Shown here: positions 9,637 to 18,842 of the stretch, in pieces
How the letters are laid out: each line of letters begins with the position of its first letter
Numbering within the stretch: position 1 is the first letter of the stretch
Source of the DNA: Minisyncoccota bacterium
Lineage (GTDB): Bacteria; Patescibacteriota; Minisyncoccia; Phycocordibacterales; UBA9973
NCBI GenBank assembly: GCA_043718505.1
Contig: JAYSVN010000037.1
Coordinates: 1-42,989, forward strand
Length of the DNA: 42,989 nt
Direction: 5' to 3'
The notes under the pieces: generated by a model
What the model was told of the DNA's origin: nothing
The model's database searches: none
What the model saw: only the letters and a program-made list of their open reading frames with translations
Position numbers and translations under genes: made by a program

Positions 9637-9678
9637 AATATTAAAACGACCACTTTACATGGTCGTTTTAATATTTTT
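9637..9678. terminator. 16-bp perfect hairpin, probable bidirectional terminator
   Basis: AATATTAAAACGACCA-N7-TGGTCGTTTTAATATT. Confidence 0.75.
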
Positions 9679-9702
9679 CCGTCATTTACTGTTTATCAGC
9701 AA

Positions 9703-9774
9703 TTATTTCTTTTTGTCTTTCTTCTGCTTTGGTTTCTTTTGTTCTTTCTTTTGTGAATTATTTCCTTTTGCCAT
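9703..9774 (-). CDS. 23-aa lysine-rich small peptide MAKGNNSQKKEQKKPKQKKDKKK
   Basis: Below ORF-track cutoff; own extended -10 TGTTATAAT (9808-9816) upstream and hairpin terminator downstream. Confidence 0.6.
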   Translation of the reverse strand: MAKGNNSQKKEQKKPKQKKDKKK

Positions 9775-9836
9775 ATATGTTTAGAAAATTAACTTTTAAT
9801 AATATTTATTATAACACTTTTCCGTCGTGCACATTA

Positions 9837-11144
9837 CTACGGCTTCGGTAAATACTTCAGCGGATCAAGATACGCGTTTACAGCTGAAATTGGTTGCGTA
9901 AGAATTTTACCACCACAGGATATGGACGGCAGAGTTTTGAGGTTAACAGCATCTCGCGCATATACAGAAATATGTAAATGTGGACCGGTAGAATAGCCTG
10001 TATTTCCGCTATAGCCGATAAGCTGTCCCCTTTTAACAGGCTGATCTTTGGTTACAGAGACTACCGACAAATGGCCGTAGGTACTTGCCAGACCATTTTC
10101 ATATTTAATCAGAACAAAGCGCCCAAACGAAACTCTCGGACATTGCACGTCTGTATCACCTGTTCCGGCAATCACTCCATCGGCCATAGCATATAGGGGT
10201 GTGCCGATTGGTGCACCGAAATCTACACCACTGTGCGATCCGGACTTATATAGGCGCCCGGACGATGCAGTTATACCAAATTTTTGAGTAATGATAATTT
10301 TTTCCAGTGGCCACGAGAAAGACACACCGCTTGGCAGGTCTTTGATGTTAAGATTAAACTTTAATCCCTCTTCTATTGCGCGTAGCTCATTTTCAAATTG
10401 TTGCTTCTTTTTTTCCCGGTCAGCAATTATTTTCCTGTAACTGCTCTCTTCATTTTTTGTTTCTTGGAGCAGTCTTTGTTTTTCGTTTTTATTGGCTAAA
10501 ATTATTTTCTTCTGAACTGCTAACTGGTTTTGCAAATCAACAACTTCTTTTTTCTCTGATTCAGTATTCACTTTCTTGCCTTCGAGATCTTGCTTGGCGG
10601 AAGATAGTTTTTTTATATTTTCATTGAGATGCCGTTCGATAAATTGAACTGAGTCAAATTCACGCCAGGCTTCTGTCATTGATTCTTCGCGCAAAAGGTA
10701 TACAAGAAAAGAAGTTTTGTCAGCTTCTTCCATTGTTCGGGCACCAGTCGCAACAGCAGTTTTTAAACCATCTATCGTATCTTTTTTGTCATCGATCTGA
10801 TCCCCCAGCTGCTCGATTACAAGGTTGGTTCTCTTTATCTTTTCTTCAGAAACTTTTATGTCAGCCTCAAGCTTTTTTTGATTAAGATCTAATTCCTTTA
10901 TGGTATTGGCCAGGCTTTGACCGGCCGATTGGGTTTTCTGAAGCTCACTCTTGTAGGCAGCAATTTCAGCTTCCAGTTTGGCAATTCCTTGATTTTGGGT
11001 ATCAATTTTTGACTGTAGACTGCTTGGGATTGGTGCATTTGTCGTTTGAGCTTCAGATTTCGAATACGGCGCCAGAAAATATAACCCAAAAAAGCCTAGT
11101 GATAGACTTAACAATAAGCTCCCAAAGCGTACACTTTGATGCAT
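9837..11144 (-). CDS. Coiled-coil M23 metallopeptidase (EnvC/MepM-like murein hydrolase)
   Basis: Signal/TM, long coiled coil, HSGVD, YGHL, TGYSTGPHLH. Confidence 0.9.
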   Translation of the reverse strand: MHQSVRFGSLLLSLSLGFFGLYFLAPYSKSEAQTTNAPIPSSLQSKIDTQNQGIAKLEAEIAAYKSELQKTQSAGQSLANTIKELDLNQKKLEADIKVSEEKIKRTNLVIEQLGDQIDDKKDTIDGLKTAVATGARTMEEADKTSFLVYLLREESMTEAWREFDSVQFIERHLNENIKKLSSAKQDLEGKKVNTESEKKEVVDLQNQLAVQKKIILANKNEKQRLLQETKNEESSYRKIIADREKKKQQFENELRAIEEGLKFNLNIKDLPSGVSFSWPLEKIIITQKFGITASSGRLYKSGSHSGVDFGAPIGTPLYAMADGVIAGTGDTDVQCPRVSFGRFVLIKYENGLASTYGHLSVVSVTKDQPVKRGQLIGYSGNTGYSTGPHLHISVYARDAVNLKTLPSISCGGKILTQPISAVNAYLDPLKYLPKP

Positions 11145-11153
11145 ATATTCAGT

Positions 11154-12518
11154 TTAGCTCGATAGAGTCTCTAGGGCAATTTGAATACGGCTGAGACTTT
11201 CTTCTTTGCCGAGGACATATATAACAGAAAACGGATCAGGCGAACTGGCAAGGCCTGTGAGGGCATACCGGAGCGGATGGAGTGCAGCACCGCGCTGATC
11301 AAAAGCACTGGCATATTTCATGATAGTTTCTTTAATGTGATCCTTACTATTCTCTGTATTCATCTCATCTTCAGTAATAGCTGACAAAATTCTTTTGATT
11401 TCTGAAAGATGGCGGGATGTTACAGTGCTATCTTGTTTACCATTCCAATTAAGCATCGTGACATCAAGTGAAGGTGTTTTAATAACAAAATCAAGTTCGC
11501 CATTCTTCTCCATATCGGTAATCTGCATGCCAAAATTAATGCGCTCAATAATCGTCGGCAAAAGTCGGTTACATTTTTCCTGCCCACAAGTACTAACAAA
11601 TTGAGATGAAATAAACTTCAAGACGAAATCAAGCTGTTCTTTGGCATTAAGTTTTTTAATATGTTCCTTATTTATCCAGTCCAGTTTTTCCTGATTAAAA
11701 ATCGCGCTGCCCTTTTGCACTTTAGATAAATCAAAAATCTCTTCAAGTTCAGAAAGAGTAAAAATTTCCTGCTCTCCTCCCGGATTCCAACCAATGAGAG
11801 CCATACTATTCAGTACTGCCTGCGGAAGATAACCTTGCTCACGATATTCAGTCAGAGCGAGTGCTCCTTTTCGTTTTGAAAGTTTTGATCTATCGGGCGA
11901 AAGAACCAGTGGTAAGTGTGCATAGATTGGTATCGGAGCGCCGATGGCTTCCTGAATTACTATTTGTCTTGGTGTATTTGCAATATGATCTTCGCCGCGG
12001 ACAATATGTGTCACTCCCATTTCAAAATCATCGACGACTACAGCCAAATGAAAAAGTGGTTCATGAATATTTTTGGCGATAACAAAATCACCGAGATCTG
12101 TCGTGTCCATTTCAATTGGGCCACGAATAAAATCATTGAAAGAAACTTTTTTATTAGGATTCTTAAATCTTACAATTTCCTTGATAACACCGCTACCATC
12201 TTTGGCTTCCTCTTTTGATATATAAGCCTTCCCCTCTTCAATTAGTTTATTGAGAAAAAATTCATGCCGATCAAGTCTGTCGCTTTGTCGAAAAACCTCA
12301 TCGTACGGCAAACCAAGCCATGCCAATGATTCAAGAATATTTTCCTCGTATTCCTTTTTTGAACGCTCTTTATCTGTATCCTCGACACGCACAATGAATT
12401 TGCCCAGACTTTTTTTGGCAAAAAGATAGCTAAATACAGCCGTCCGATAATTACCCAAATGCAAAAGGCCCGTAGGGCTCGGTGCGAATCGAGTAATAAT
12501 TTTTTGGTTATCAGACAT
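11154..12518 (-). CDS. gltX: Glutamate--tRNA ligase
   Basis: RFAPSPTGLLHLG, RGEDH, KLSKR. Confidence 0.96.
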   Translation of the reverse strand: MSDNQKIITRFAPSPTGLLHLGNYRTAVFSYLFAKKSLGKFIVRVEDTDKERSKKEYEENILESLAWLGLPYDEVFRQSDRLDRHEFFLNKLIEEGKAYISKEEAKDGSGVIKEIVRFKNPNKKVSFNDFIRGPIEMDTTDLGDFVIAKNIHEPLFHLAVVVDDFEMGVTHIVRGEDHIANTPRQIVIQEAIGAPIPIYAHLPLVLSPDRSKLSKRKGALALTEYREQGYLPQAVLNSMALIGWNPGGEQEIFTLSELEEIFDLSKVQKGSAIFNQEKLDWINKEHIKKLNAKEQLDFVLKFISSQFVSTCGQEKCNRLLPTIIERINFGMQITDMEKNGELDFVIKTPSLDVTMLNWNGKQDSTVTSRHLSEIKRILSAITEDEMNTENSKDHIKETIMKYASAFDQRGAALHPLRYALTGLASSPDPFSVIYVLGKEESLSRIQIALETLSS

Positions 12519-12574
12519 AATATATTGTAATATTTTGCGAAAATTATTTCTTTATACGATTTTTATTTCTCATT

Positions 12575-13702
12575 CTATTTCTCGTGGCTAAGCGCAATTT
12601 TCATAACTTCCTCCGCAATTTCCTGCGCCGCACCTGGCTTAAAAAAGGCAGTGGCGGCTTTTTTCATTTTTTCTCTTTTTTCAGTATTTGCCATGAGGTC
12701 ATTAATCGCAGTAGCCAGAACTACCGGAGTGAGATTTGACTCTTCAACAACTTCGCAGGCGCCGCTTCTCGCATAGGCGTAAGCATTTTTTCTCTGATGG
12801 TCACCGTTAGTATTTGTAATTGGAATAATAATAGACGGCACTCCCCAACTGGCAATTTCATAAATAGCTGAACCGGCTCGCGAAATGATTATATCAGAAA
12901 CGCCTGCTGTCATTTTCGAAGCCAGATCATTTAGAAAAGGAAATGGTTTGTAATGACGCTTATCTTCGTTATTTCCCATAATTACTTCAGCAGTTTCAGT
13001 TACATCCTTGTAATTTTTACTGCCAGTTTGATGAATAACTTCATAGTGTTTTATAAGCTCAGGCAAAGCATCAAGCAAAGCATTATTCATGACGAGTGCA
13101 CCTTGCGAACCGCCGATCATTGTAATGACAGGCATGCCTGCTTCAAGTTTCAGATATTCACGAGCACCTTCAGATGCAGGTCGCAGAATATTGGCACGAA
13201 CCGGCTGCCCAGTCCAGGCTGTTTTGTCTTTTGGAAAATACTCAGCAGCATCCTGATAGGAAATTGCCACACGTCTGGCGAAATTACCTGCCCATTTGGA
13301 AACCTTGCCCGGCACAGTATCGGATTCATGAATTAAAACCGGAATGCGCAGTAATTTGGCAGCCACGAGTGTCGGAAAAGAAGCGTAGCCTCCCTTCCCT
13401 ACCACAACATCGGGATAAACTTTATATAGTTTAAAAATAGCGACAATGATACCGTATACGAGCTTAAAAAAATCTAAAAAAGTTTTAAGGGAAAAATAAA
13501 GACGCCATTTACCAGCAGGCACCCATTCGTATCGAATACCATTTTCATATAACATTCCTTTATCAAACGGGCTATCTGAGAAAAAGAAAATTTTAGCATC
13601 AACAATGTGCTCTTTATCAACTACCTTATTAAGTTCCTCAGCTATGGCAATAATTGGGTAAAAGTGGCCGCCTGTACCTCCGCCTGTCAGGACAATTTTC
13701 AT
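12575..13702 (-). CDS. murG: Lipid II GlcNAc transferase MurG
   Basis: GGGTGGHFYP, GGYAS, GGSQGA, SRAG, HQRKNA. Confidence 0.96.
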   Translation of the reverse strand: MKIVLTGGGTGGHFYPIIAIAEELNKVVDKEHIVDAKIFFFSDSPFDKGMLYENGIRYEWVPAGKWRLYFSLKTFLDFFKLVYGIIVAIFKLYKVYPDVVVGKGGYASFPTLVAAKLLRIPVLIHESDTVPGKVSKWAGNFARRVAISYQDAAEYFPKDKTAWTGQPVRANILRPASEGAREYLKLEAGMPVITMIGGSQGALVMNNALLDALPELIKHYEVIHQTGSKNYKDVTETAEVIMGNNEDKRHYKPFPFLNDLASKMTAGVSDIIISRAGSAIYEIASWGVPSIIIPITNTNGDHQRKNAYAYARSGACEVVEESNLTPVVLATAINDLMANTEKREKMKKAATAFFKPGAAQEIAEEVMKIALSHEK

Positions 13703-13722
13703 AGAATAAAGTCTAACATATT

Positions 13723-13831
13723 ATGCATATAAAATGTACGCCCATCGGGTACGAAATTTTTTTGCTAAAAAATTTCTCTTCCTCGGACCGTCGCCCTGCG
13801 GGGCCCCTCTGACCGTACATTTTATATGCAT
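13723..13831. repeat. 109-bp element with 18-bp perfect terminal inverted repeats (MITE/REP-like)
   Basis: ATGCATATAAAATGTACG (13723-13740) / CGTACATTTTATATGCAT (13814-13831); internal hairpin GAAATTTTTT-TGCT-AAAAAATTTC. Confidence 0.7.
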
Positions 13832-14946
13832 TACGAAAGTCTTTTTTTCTGGAAACGAGAGACATTGAGCAGCATGCCGGCCGCAGCAAGTGATATAAAT
13901 AGTGATGTTCCGCCTTGACTCATAAAGACCAACGGCACGCCGGTAAGTGGAAAAAGTCCGGTAATTGAAGCGATATTAAGAAATGATTGAGCGGTGAGGA
14001 GAATGACAATACCAGCCGTTAAAAGCCGCCCAAAAGCATCCGGCGCGCGTGAAGCAATTCTTAGACCTCTCATGGCAAAAGCGGCATATAGCAAAATAAC
14101 AACAAGTCCGCCGACAAAACCTGTTTCTTCAGAAATAACTGCAAAAATCGAATCACCCTGCGGCTCGGGTAAATAATTAAACTTCTGTACACTTTGGCCG
14201 ATACCTCGCCCGCCGATACCGCCGGAGCCAACAGCAATGAGCGCCTGCTTGAGCTGATATGAAGAGCCTCGCGGATCACGACTTGGATTTAAAAATGTTT
14301 TTACTCTGTCCTGCAAGTATGGTGTACTAGCAACTAGCAACGCAAAACCAGCAATTACCACGCCAAAAATAATAAAAATTTTCTTCATGCTGACGCCGGA
14401 AAGAAAATACATTGCGCCTCCGGCTACGAACATGAGGATAAGGCTTTTGGTGTCAGGTTGTCGCAACAGAATTACTGAAATCACTGCGAGTAAGCCAATA
14501 AATGGCAAGAAACCATATTTAAATGAATCTGCTCTTTCTCGTATTGAGGAAAGCCAGGATGCAAAATAAATGATAAAGGCAATTTTGAGAAATTCAGCCG
14601 GTTGAAATGATACAAAGCCGAGACTTACCCACCTCGTCGCACCACCATGAGTAAGTCCAAGTCCTGGAACAAAAACTAATACGGAGAGAATGAGTGAGCC
14701 AATCAAAAAGAAAAAGGCATACCGGCGCCAGATTTTGTAATTAATTCGGGAAGTAATATAAAGCGCGATTAAGCCGCCAATAAGACCGATGACAAGCTGT
14801 GAGAAAAGCACATTGTAAAATTTAGTTTCGCTGCGAGCGAGTACACCGAGGGAGGCAGAAATGAAAAAAATGAGGCCAATGCCTGTAAGCAAGAGAACTA
14901 TTGAGAGAAATAATGTATCTACTTTTTTTCCGCTAGTTTCTGACAT
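13831..14946 (-). CDS. ftsW: SEDS peptidoglycan polymerase FtsW
   Basis: GATRW, FQPAEFLK, QPD, LPEPQGDSIF, TGVPLVFMSQGGTS; lies between mraY and murG. Confidence 0.92.
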   Translation of the reverse strand: MSETSGKKVDTLFLSIVLLLTGIGLIFFISASLGVLARSETKFYNVLFSQLVIGLIGGLIALYITSRINYKIWRRYAFFFLIGSLILSVLVFVPGLGLTHGGATRWVSLGFVSFQPAEFLKIAFIIYFASWLSSIRERADSFKYGFLPFIGLLAVISVILLRQPDTKSLILMFVAGGAMYFLSGVSMKKIFIIFGVVIAGFALLVASTPYLQDRVKTFLNPSRDPRGSSYQLKQALIAVGSGGIGGRGIGQSVQKFNYLPEPQGDSIFAVISEETGFVGGLVVILLYAAFAMRGLRIASRAPDAFGRLLTAGIVILLTAQSFLNIASITGLFPLTGVPLVFMSQGGTSLFISLAAAGMLLNVSRFQKKRLS

Positions 14947-14964
14947 GTTATTTATAGGAAATAA

Positions 14965-16038
14965 CTAAGACCATAATGCAATTACAATACCGATAATTCC
15001 GCAGACCAAACTAACAATCCAATACCTCATAGTAATCTTTGGACGTGACCAACCGAGCGCTTCAAAATGATGATGGAGCGGCGCAACCAGGAAAACTTTT
15101 TTCTTGAAATATTTTTTAGAAATAATTTGAATAAAAGAAGAAAAGGCCGTAGCGACAAGAGGAAAACCGATGACAAGAAGCAGGAGTGGTTCATTGGTTA
15201 AAAATGCGATTGTAGTGAGGGCTATGGTAAGTGGCAGCATGCCTGTCTCCCCCATATAAAAACGTGCTGGTGGAACATTAAACCAAAGAAATGCCAGAAG
15301 TGCGCCGGCAATAACCATTGAAAGTGTCATAATGTCATACTGTCCGCGGGCAAAAGCAATAAATCCGTAGCTAGTGAAAATCGTTGCAAGCACTCCGCCA
15401 GACAGACCGTCGACACCGTCAATTACCCTGCTTGAAAATGTACCAAGCATAACGAGCATGAAAAAAGGAATAAACCAGAGGCCGATATTTACTGAAGCAA
15501 AGAAAGGAATGTTAATGGTGTCCATACCGAGTTTGGCATAAAACCAGGCACCGCCCAGAAGTCCGAGTACTGCAATAATTGGAATGAGGTAACGACTCGG
15601 CAAACCGTGCGTTAGTTTTTTGCCAATCTTGCCGCCAATGCCATCCCAAACTTCAAGCAGGTCTTCGATAAGACCAAGCGCAGCTCCGACAACTATTCCG
15701 GCCAAAGGCAGCCAGGTTTCTTTTCTGGAAACAAAATCAAAAATAGAATCGTTCGTTGCCGTAAAACGGGAAATGAGCCAAAAAATAATGGTGGTCAGTA
15801 AAATAGAACTCCAGACGACAACTCCGCCGACACGTGGCGTTCTTGTTTCTTCAGTTTGATTATGAATTTTTTTGAAACCGTCTGCGATAGTTGGGTTTGA
15901 GCCGCCATCCTGGCGTGAGACCCTTTTCCAAAGTTTATACTTATACATGATGCCGGTAAAAAAAGGCGTGATGGCAATACCGATTAAAAAGGCAGTCGCA
16001 GCGGGTAAAAGAACTTTGGTCAGTGTTAAAGCAATCAT
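14965..16038 (-). CDS. mraY: Phospho-N-acetylmuramoyl-pentapeptide transferase
   Basis: TPRVGG, DGVDGL, FNVPPARFYMGETG, APLHHHFE. Confidence 0.93.
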   Translation of the reverse strand: MIALTLTKVLLPAATAFLIGIAITPFFTGIMYKYKLWKRVSRQDGGSNPTIADGFKKIHNQTEETRTPRVGGVVVWSSILLTTIIFWLISRFTATNDSIFDFVSRKETWLPLAGIVVGAALGLIEDLLEVWDGIGGKIGKKLTHGLPSRYLIPIIAVLGLLGGAWFYAKLGMDTINIPFFASVNIGLWFIPFFMLVMLGTFSSRVIDGVDGLSGGVLATIFTSYGFIAFARGQYDIMTLSMVIAGALLAFLWFNVPPARFYMGETGMLPLTIALTTIAFLTNEPLLLLVIGFPLVATAFSSFIQIISKKYFKKKVFLVAPLHHHFEALGWSRPKITMRYWIVSLVCGIIGIVIALWS

Positions 16039-16053
16039 AAAGACAATTATAAG

Positions 16054-16977
16054 TTAGTTTCTCGAAATCTTAAAATAGTTTTCAACTCCCTGCATGTAGC
16101 GCTCAATATCGACAAAGCGCCCCTCACGAGTAGATCCGAGTACAACAATGACAATGGTATCGCCGTATACGGGCATTCGATACGCAATAGCCAAATTACC
16201 CCCGGCAAGGGCTGTATAGCCGGTTTTAGAGGCCAGGAGGGTGTCTGTGCGTGTTGAGAGATCGTTTGTATTTGAGACTAAATGCCCTTTGCCGCTGGCG
16301 TCATTAAATGATTTTTGTGGCAAAACAGTAAAGCTGGCAGCTTCCGGCATCTTTTCTAAAAATGCCAAAAGAAGTGTGGAAACATCCTTGGCACTACCAA
16401 CTCCCCCAGGCCGACTGCCACTATCAAGTCCGGCAGGATTATAAAATGTTGTATGTTCGAGACCAATTTTTTTGCCGTATGCATTCATAGCTTCAATAAA
16501 ATTCTGGCCGTCTTTTTCATAGGCATTTTTAATTGCAAAAGCAGCATCGTTTGAAGAAACAACAAGCATGAGACCGACCAGCTGATCGAGTCGCCAGGCT
16601 TCACCAACATTTAAGCCATTATCCCCGCTTGCCTCAATGGCACTGTCAGTAATAGTAATTTTCTTAGTCGGGTCAACATTTTCAGTAGCTGCTAGCGCTG
16701 TTGCTAATTTAACTAAGGAAGCCAGGGGTAATGATGTATCAGCATTTCGTTCGTATAACACTTTCTTTTTTGTGGCATCGTAGACATAGACTGATTTTGC
16801 GTCATCATCGGTATTTAAAAATGTGGCTAGAGCTTGCTGATTTTTTCTTTCTTCATTGTATGCCGACTGAAGTGCCATTGATTTTTTTTGGGCACCGATA
16901 AACGTTATGGCGGCTAAAAAAAGCAGTACAACAATAGCGCCCAGCAAACGATTTTCATTATGGCTCAAATTAGGCAT
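16054..16977 (-). CDS. D-alanyl-D-alanine carboxypeptidase (S11, DacA-like)
   Basis: SxxK (ASLVK), SxN (SSND), KTG (KTGYT); N-terminal TM. Confidence 0.9.
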   Translation of the reverse strand: MPNLSHNENRLLGAIVVLLFLAAITFIGAQKKSMALQSAYNEERKNQQALATFLNTDDDAKSVYVYDATKKKVLYERNADTSLPLASLVKLATALAATENVDPTKKITITDSAIEASGDNGLNVGEAWRLDQLVGLMLVVSSNDAAFAIKNAYEKDGQNFIEAMNAYGKKIGLEHTTFYNPAGLDSGSRPGGVGSAKDVSTLLLAFLEKMPEAASFTVLPQKSFNDASGKGHLVSNTNDLSTRTDTLLASKTGYTALAGGNLAIAYRMPVYGDTIVIVVLGSTREGRFVDIERYMQGVENYFKISRN

Positions 16978-17515
16978 TATTTTCAGTCGCCGCTTCTTTT
17001 GATTCAGTTAACGCGGCTTTTACATTTTCGTATTCAGGTAAATCTTTTATTTCACCTACTGCCATGAAAGACAGTAAAGACAGCGTCGGCAGGTACATGT
17101 TTTTTCGTGCATCTTTTGGATGTTCTTTTTTTTCAATTAAGCCACGAATAAGCAAATTGCGCAGAATAAAACTAGAATTGACGCCCCGAATAAAATCGAT
17201 ATCACTGCGAGTGACTTCATGACCATACAGAATTATCGAAAGGGTTTCAAGGGAAGCTTTTGAAAGTTCTTTTGATAATTCCTCTTTCCGTAAATCTTCA
17301 ATTAGGTTTCCGGCTTCGGGTGAAGTGAAAAGACCGATTTCTTCACCGTTTTCGATAAGGGCTAAGCCCCTTTCTGAAAGTTTCTCACGAAGCATTGTAA
17401 TTGCTTGCCGTACACTTTCAATCGGCTCTTTCAAAATAGACGAGAGTTCTTTGTGAGAAATTGGTTCGCCTTTGTAAAAAAGAATAGATTCAATTTTAGC
17501 ATCGAGTGAAAGCAT
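16970..17515 (-). CDS. scpB: SMC-Scp complex subunit ScpB
   Basis: IESILF, LSKASLETLSII, IDFIRGVNS. Confidence 0.93.
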   Translation of the reverse strand: MLSLDAKIESILFYKGEPISHKELSSILKEPIESVRQAITMLREKLSERGLALIENGEEIGLFTSPEAGNLIEDLRKEELSKELSKASLETLSIILYGHEVTRSDIDFIRGVNSSFILRNLLIRGLIEKKEHPKDARKNMYLPTLSLLSFMAVGEIKDLPEYENVKAALTESKEAATENNA

Positions 17516-17539
17516 AATGAGATGAAGAAAAGATTAAGA

Positions 17540-18295
17540 TTACTCCGGCACCGTTTGCGAAACATCGGCATCAAGTTTTGACATAGAAATATCACCGAAC
17601 ATTTCACCCTGCAAAACGTCCATAATTCCCTGCCTAACAAGTTCAAGCATAGCAAGAAAGCCCACGATAACCAATACTTTTTCCTCCTTATTTGCCGGCT
17701 TTCCCACCCCGACAAATTGTTTGAAACTAGTATTAATAGCTGTTTGCATTCTCTGAGTCAAACGCGAGAGCATTTCCTCAATACTCATGACTTTTTTAAT
17801 CTCAACTTCGGGCAATTTCTCAACTTTAGGAATACTGTTCAAGACATTCTTTGCCAAGCCAAGCATCGATTCAGGGGTAATAAGCTTTGACGGCATAAAA
17901 ATTGGTACCGTATCAGCTACAAATCGCTTTTCAAAAGCTACCTTTTTACCGAATTTCTTTTTAATCTGTTCACCTAGATCGACAAATATCCGATAGAGTT
18001 TAAGGCGCTTCTCCAAATCACCGACTTCTTTCTCTTCATCTTGGGAAAGCATAAAGTTCGGCAAAAGTGATCGGGATTTGATGAGAATAAGCGTTGCAGC
18101 TACAACAATAAAAGAGGATAGCGTACTTGGCTCAGCCCGTTCCATTTTTTTTATATATGAAAGAAAATCATCGGTTACCTGGGTAAGCGAGATGTCATTG
18201 ATGAAGAGTTTTCTTTTTTCAATTAGTTCGAGCAAGATGTCGAAGGGTCCTTCAAACGATCCGGCTTTAATACTATAAGGAGATGCAGTTTCCAC
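17540..18295 (-). CDS. scpA: Segregation/condensation protein A (kleisin)
   Basis: FEGPFDILLELI, IKSRSLLP, FLAMLEL; GTG start at 18295 is 7 nt after TATAAT. Confidence 0.92.
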   Translation of the reverse strand: METASPYSIKAGSFEGPFDILLELIEKRKLFINDISLTQVTDDFLSYIKKMERAEPSTLSSFIVVAATLILIKSRSLLPNFMLSQDEEKEVGDLEKRLKLYRIFVDLGEQIKKKFGKKVAFEKRFVADTVPIFMPSKLITPESMLGLAKNVLNSIPKVEKLPEVEIKKVMSIEEMLSRLTQRMQTAINTSFKQFVGVGKPANKEEKVLVIVGFLAMLELVRQGIMDVLQGEMFGDISMSKLDADVSQTVPE

Positions 18296-18333
18296 AGAAA
18301 AGATTATACAATGCAAAAGGTACATTGACATAA

Positions 18334-18362
18334 TTGACAGTCTTTGACTCGTACTGTACTAT
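18334..18362 (+). promoter_or_regulatory. Sigma70-type promoter
   Basis: TTGACA-N17-TACTAT upstream of ATG 18392. Confidence 0.6.
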
Positions 18363-18391
18363 TAATTAAACAAATACCTAAAAAAATAAAA

Positions 18392-18805
18392 ATGAGACCA
18401 GAAAGACCAGCCGCACTCAATCCTCAGGATTTTGTCGGCAAAGTGCTGGTCTGTAAAAAGCCCATCACTGAAACAATTTCGTACAATAAAGACCCTAACG
18501 TGCGAAGAGAGATACTGCTGCCGCAAGGTATATATTCGATTTCTTATCGGAAATATCCTTACTTTTATATTTTTACCAAAAAGGAATCAGGCGAAATTTA
18601 CAATATAACTGAGGAGACCTTCCGTCATAAAATTTACAGGTTAATTGTAAATAAGGAAGCCCGTGATTACTTTTTTGACGGTAAGCCCAAAAAAAAGAGA
18701 GCGAGTAGAATAAAGAAAAGGGGAAAAGTGCCAATAAAGGAGAGTCAGACGATTGCTGAAAATCAAAAGGAACAGAACCTAAATGAAAACACATCCCCTC
18801 TCTAG
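18392..18805 (+). CDS. Hypothetical basic protein
   Basis: ORF with its own promoter and terminator; no recognised motif. Confidence 0.6.
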   Translation: MRPERPAALNPQDFVGKVLVCKKPITETISYNKDPNVRREILLPQGIYSISYRKYPYFYIFTKKESGEIYNITEETFRHKIYRLIVNKEARDYFFDGKPKKKRASRIKKRGKVPIKESQTIAENQKEQNLNENTSPL

Positions 18806-18820
18806 TGATGTGTTTTTTTA
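18786..18820. terminator. Terminator hairpin between convergent genes
   Basis: AAAACACATC-N11-GATGTGTTTT with T tail. Confidence 0.6.
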
Positions 18821-18842
18821 TTTTTTATTAACTTTATTTAAT

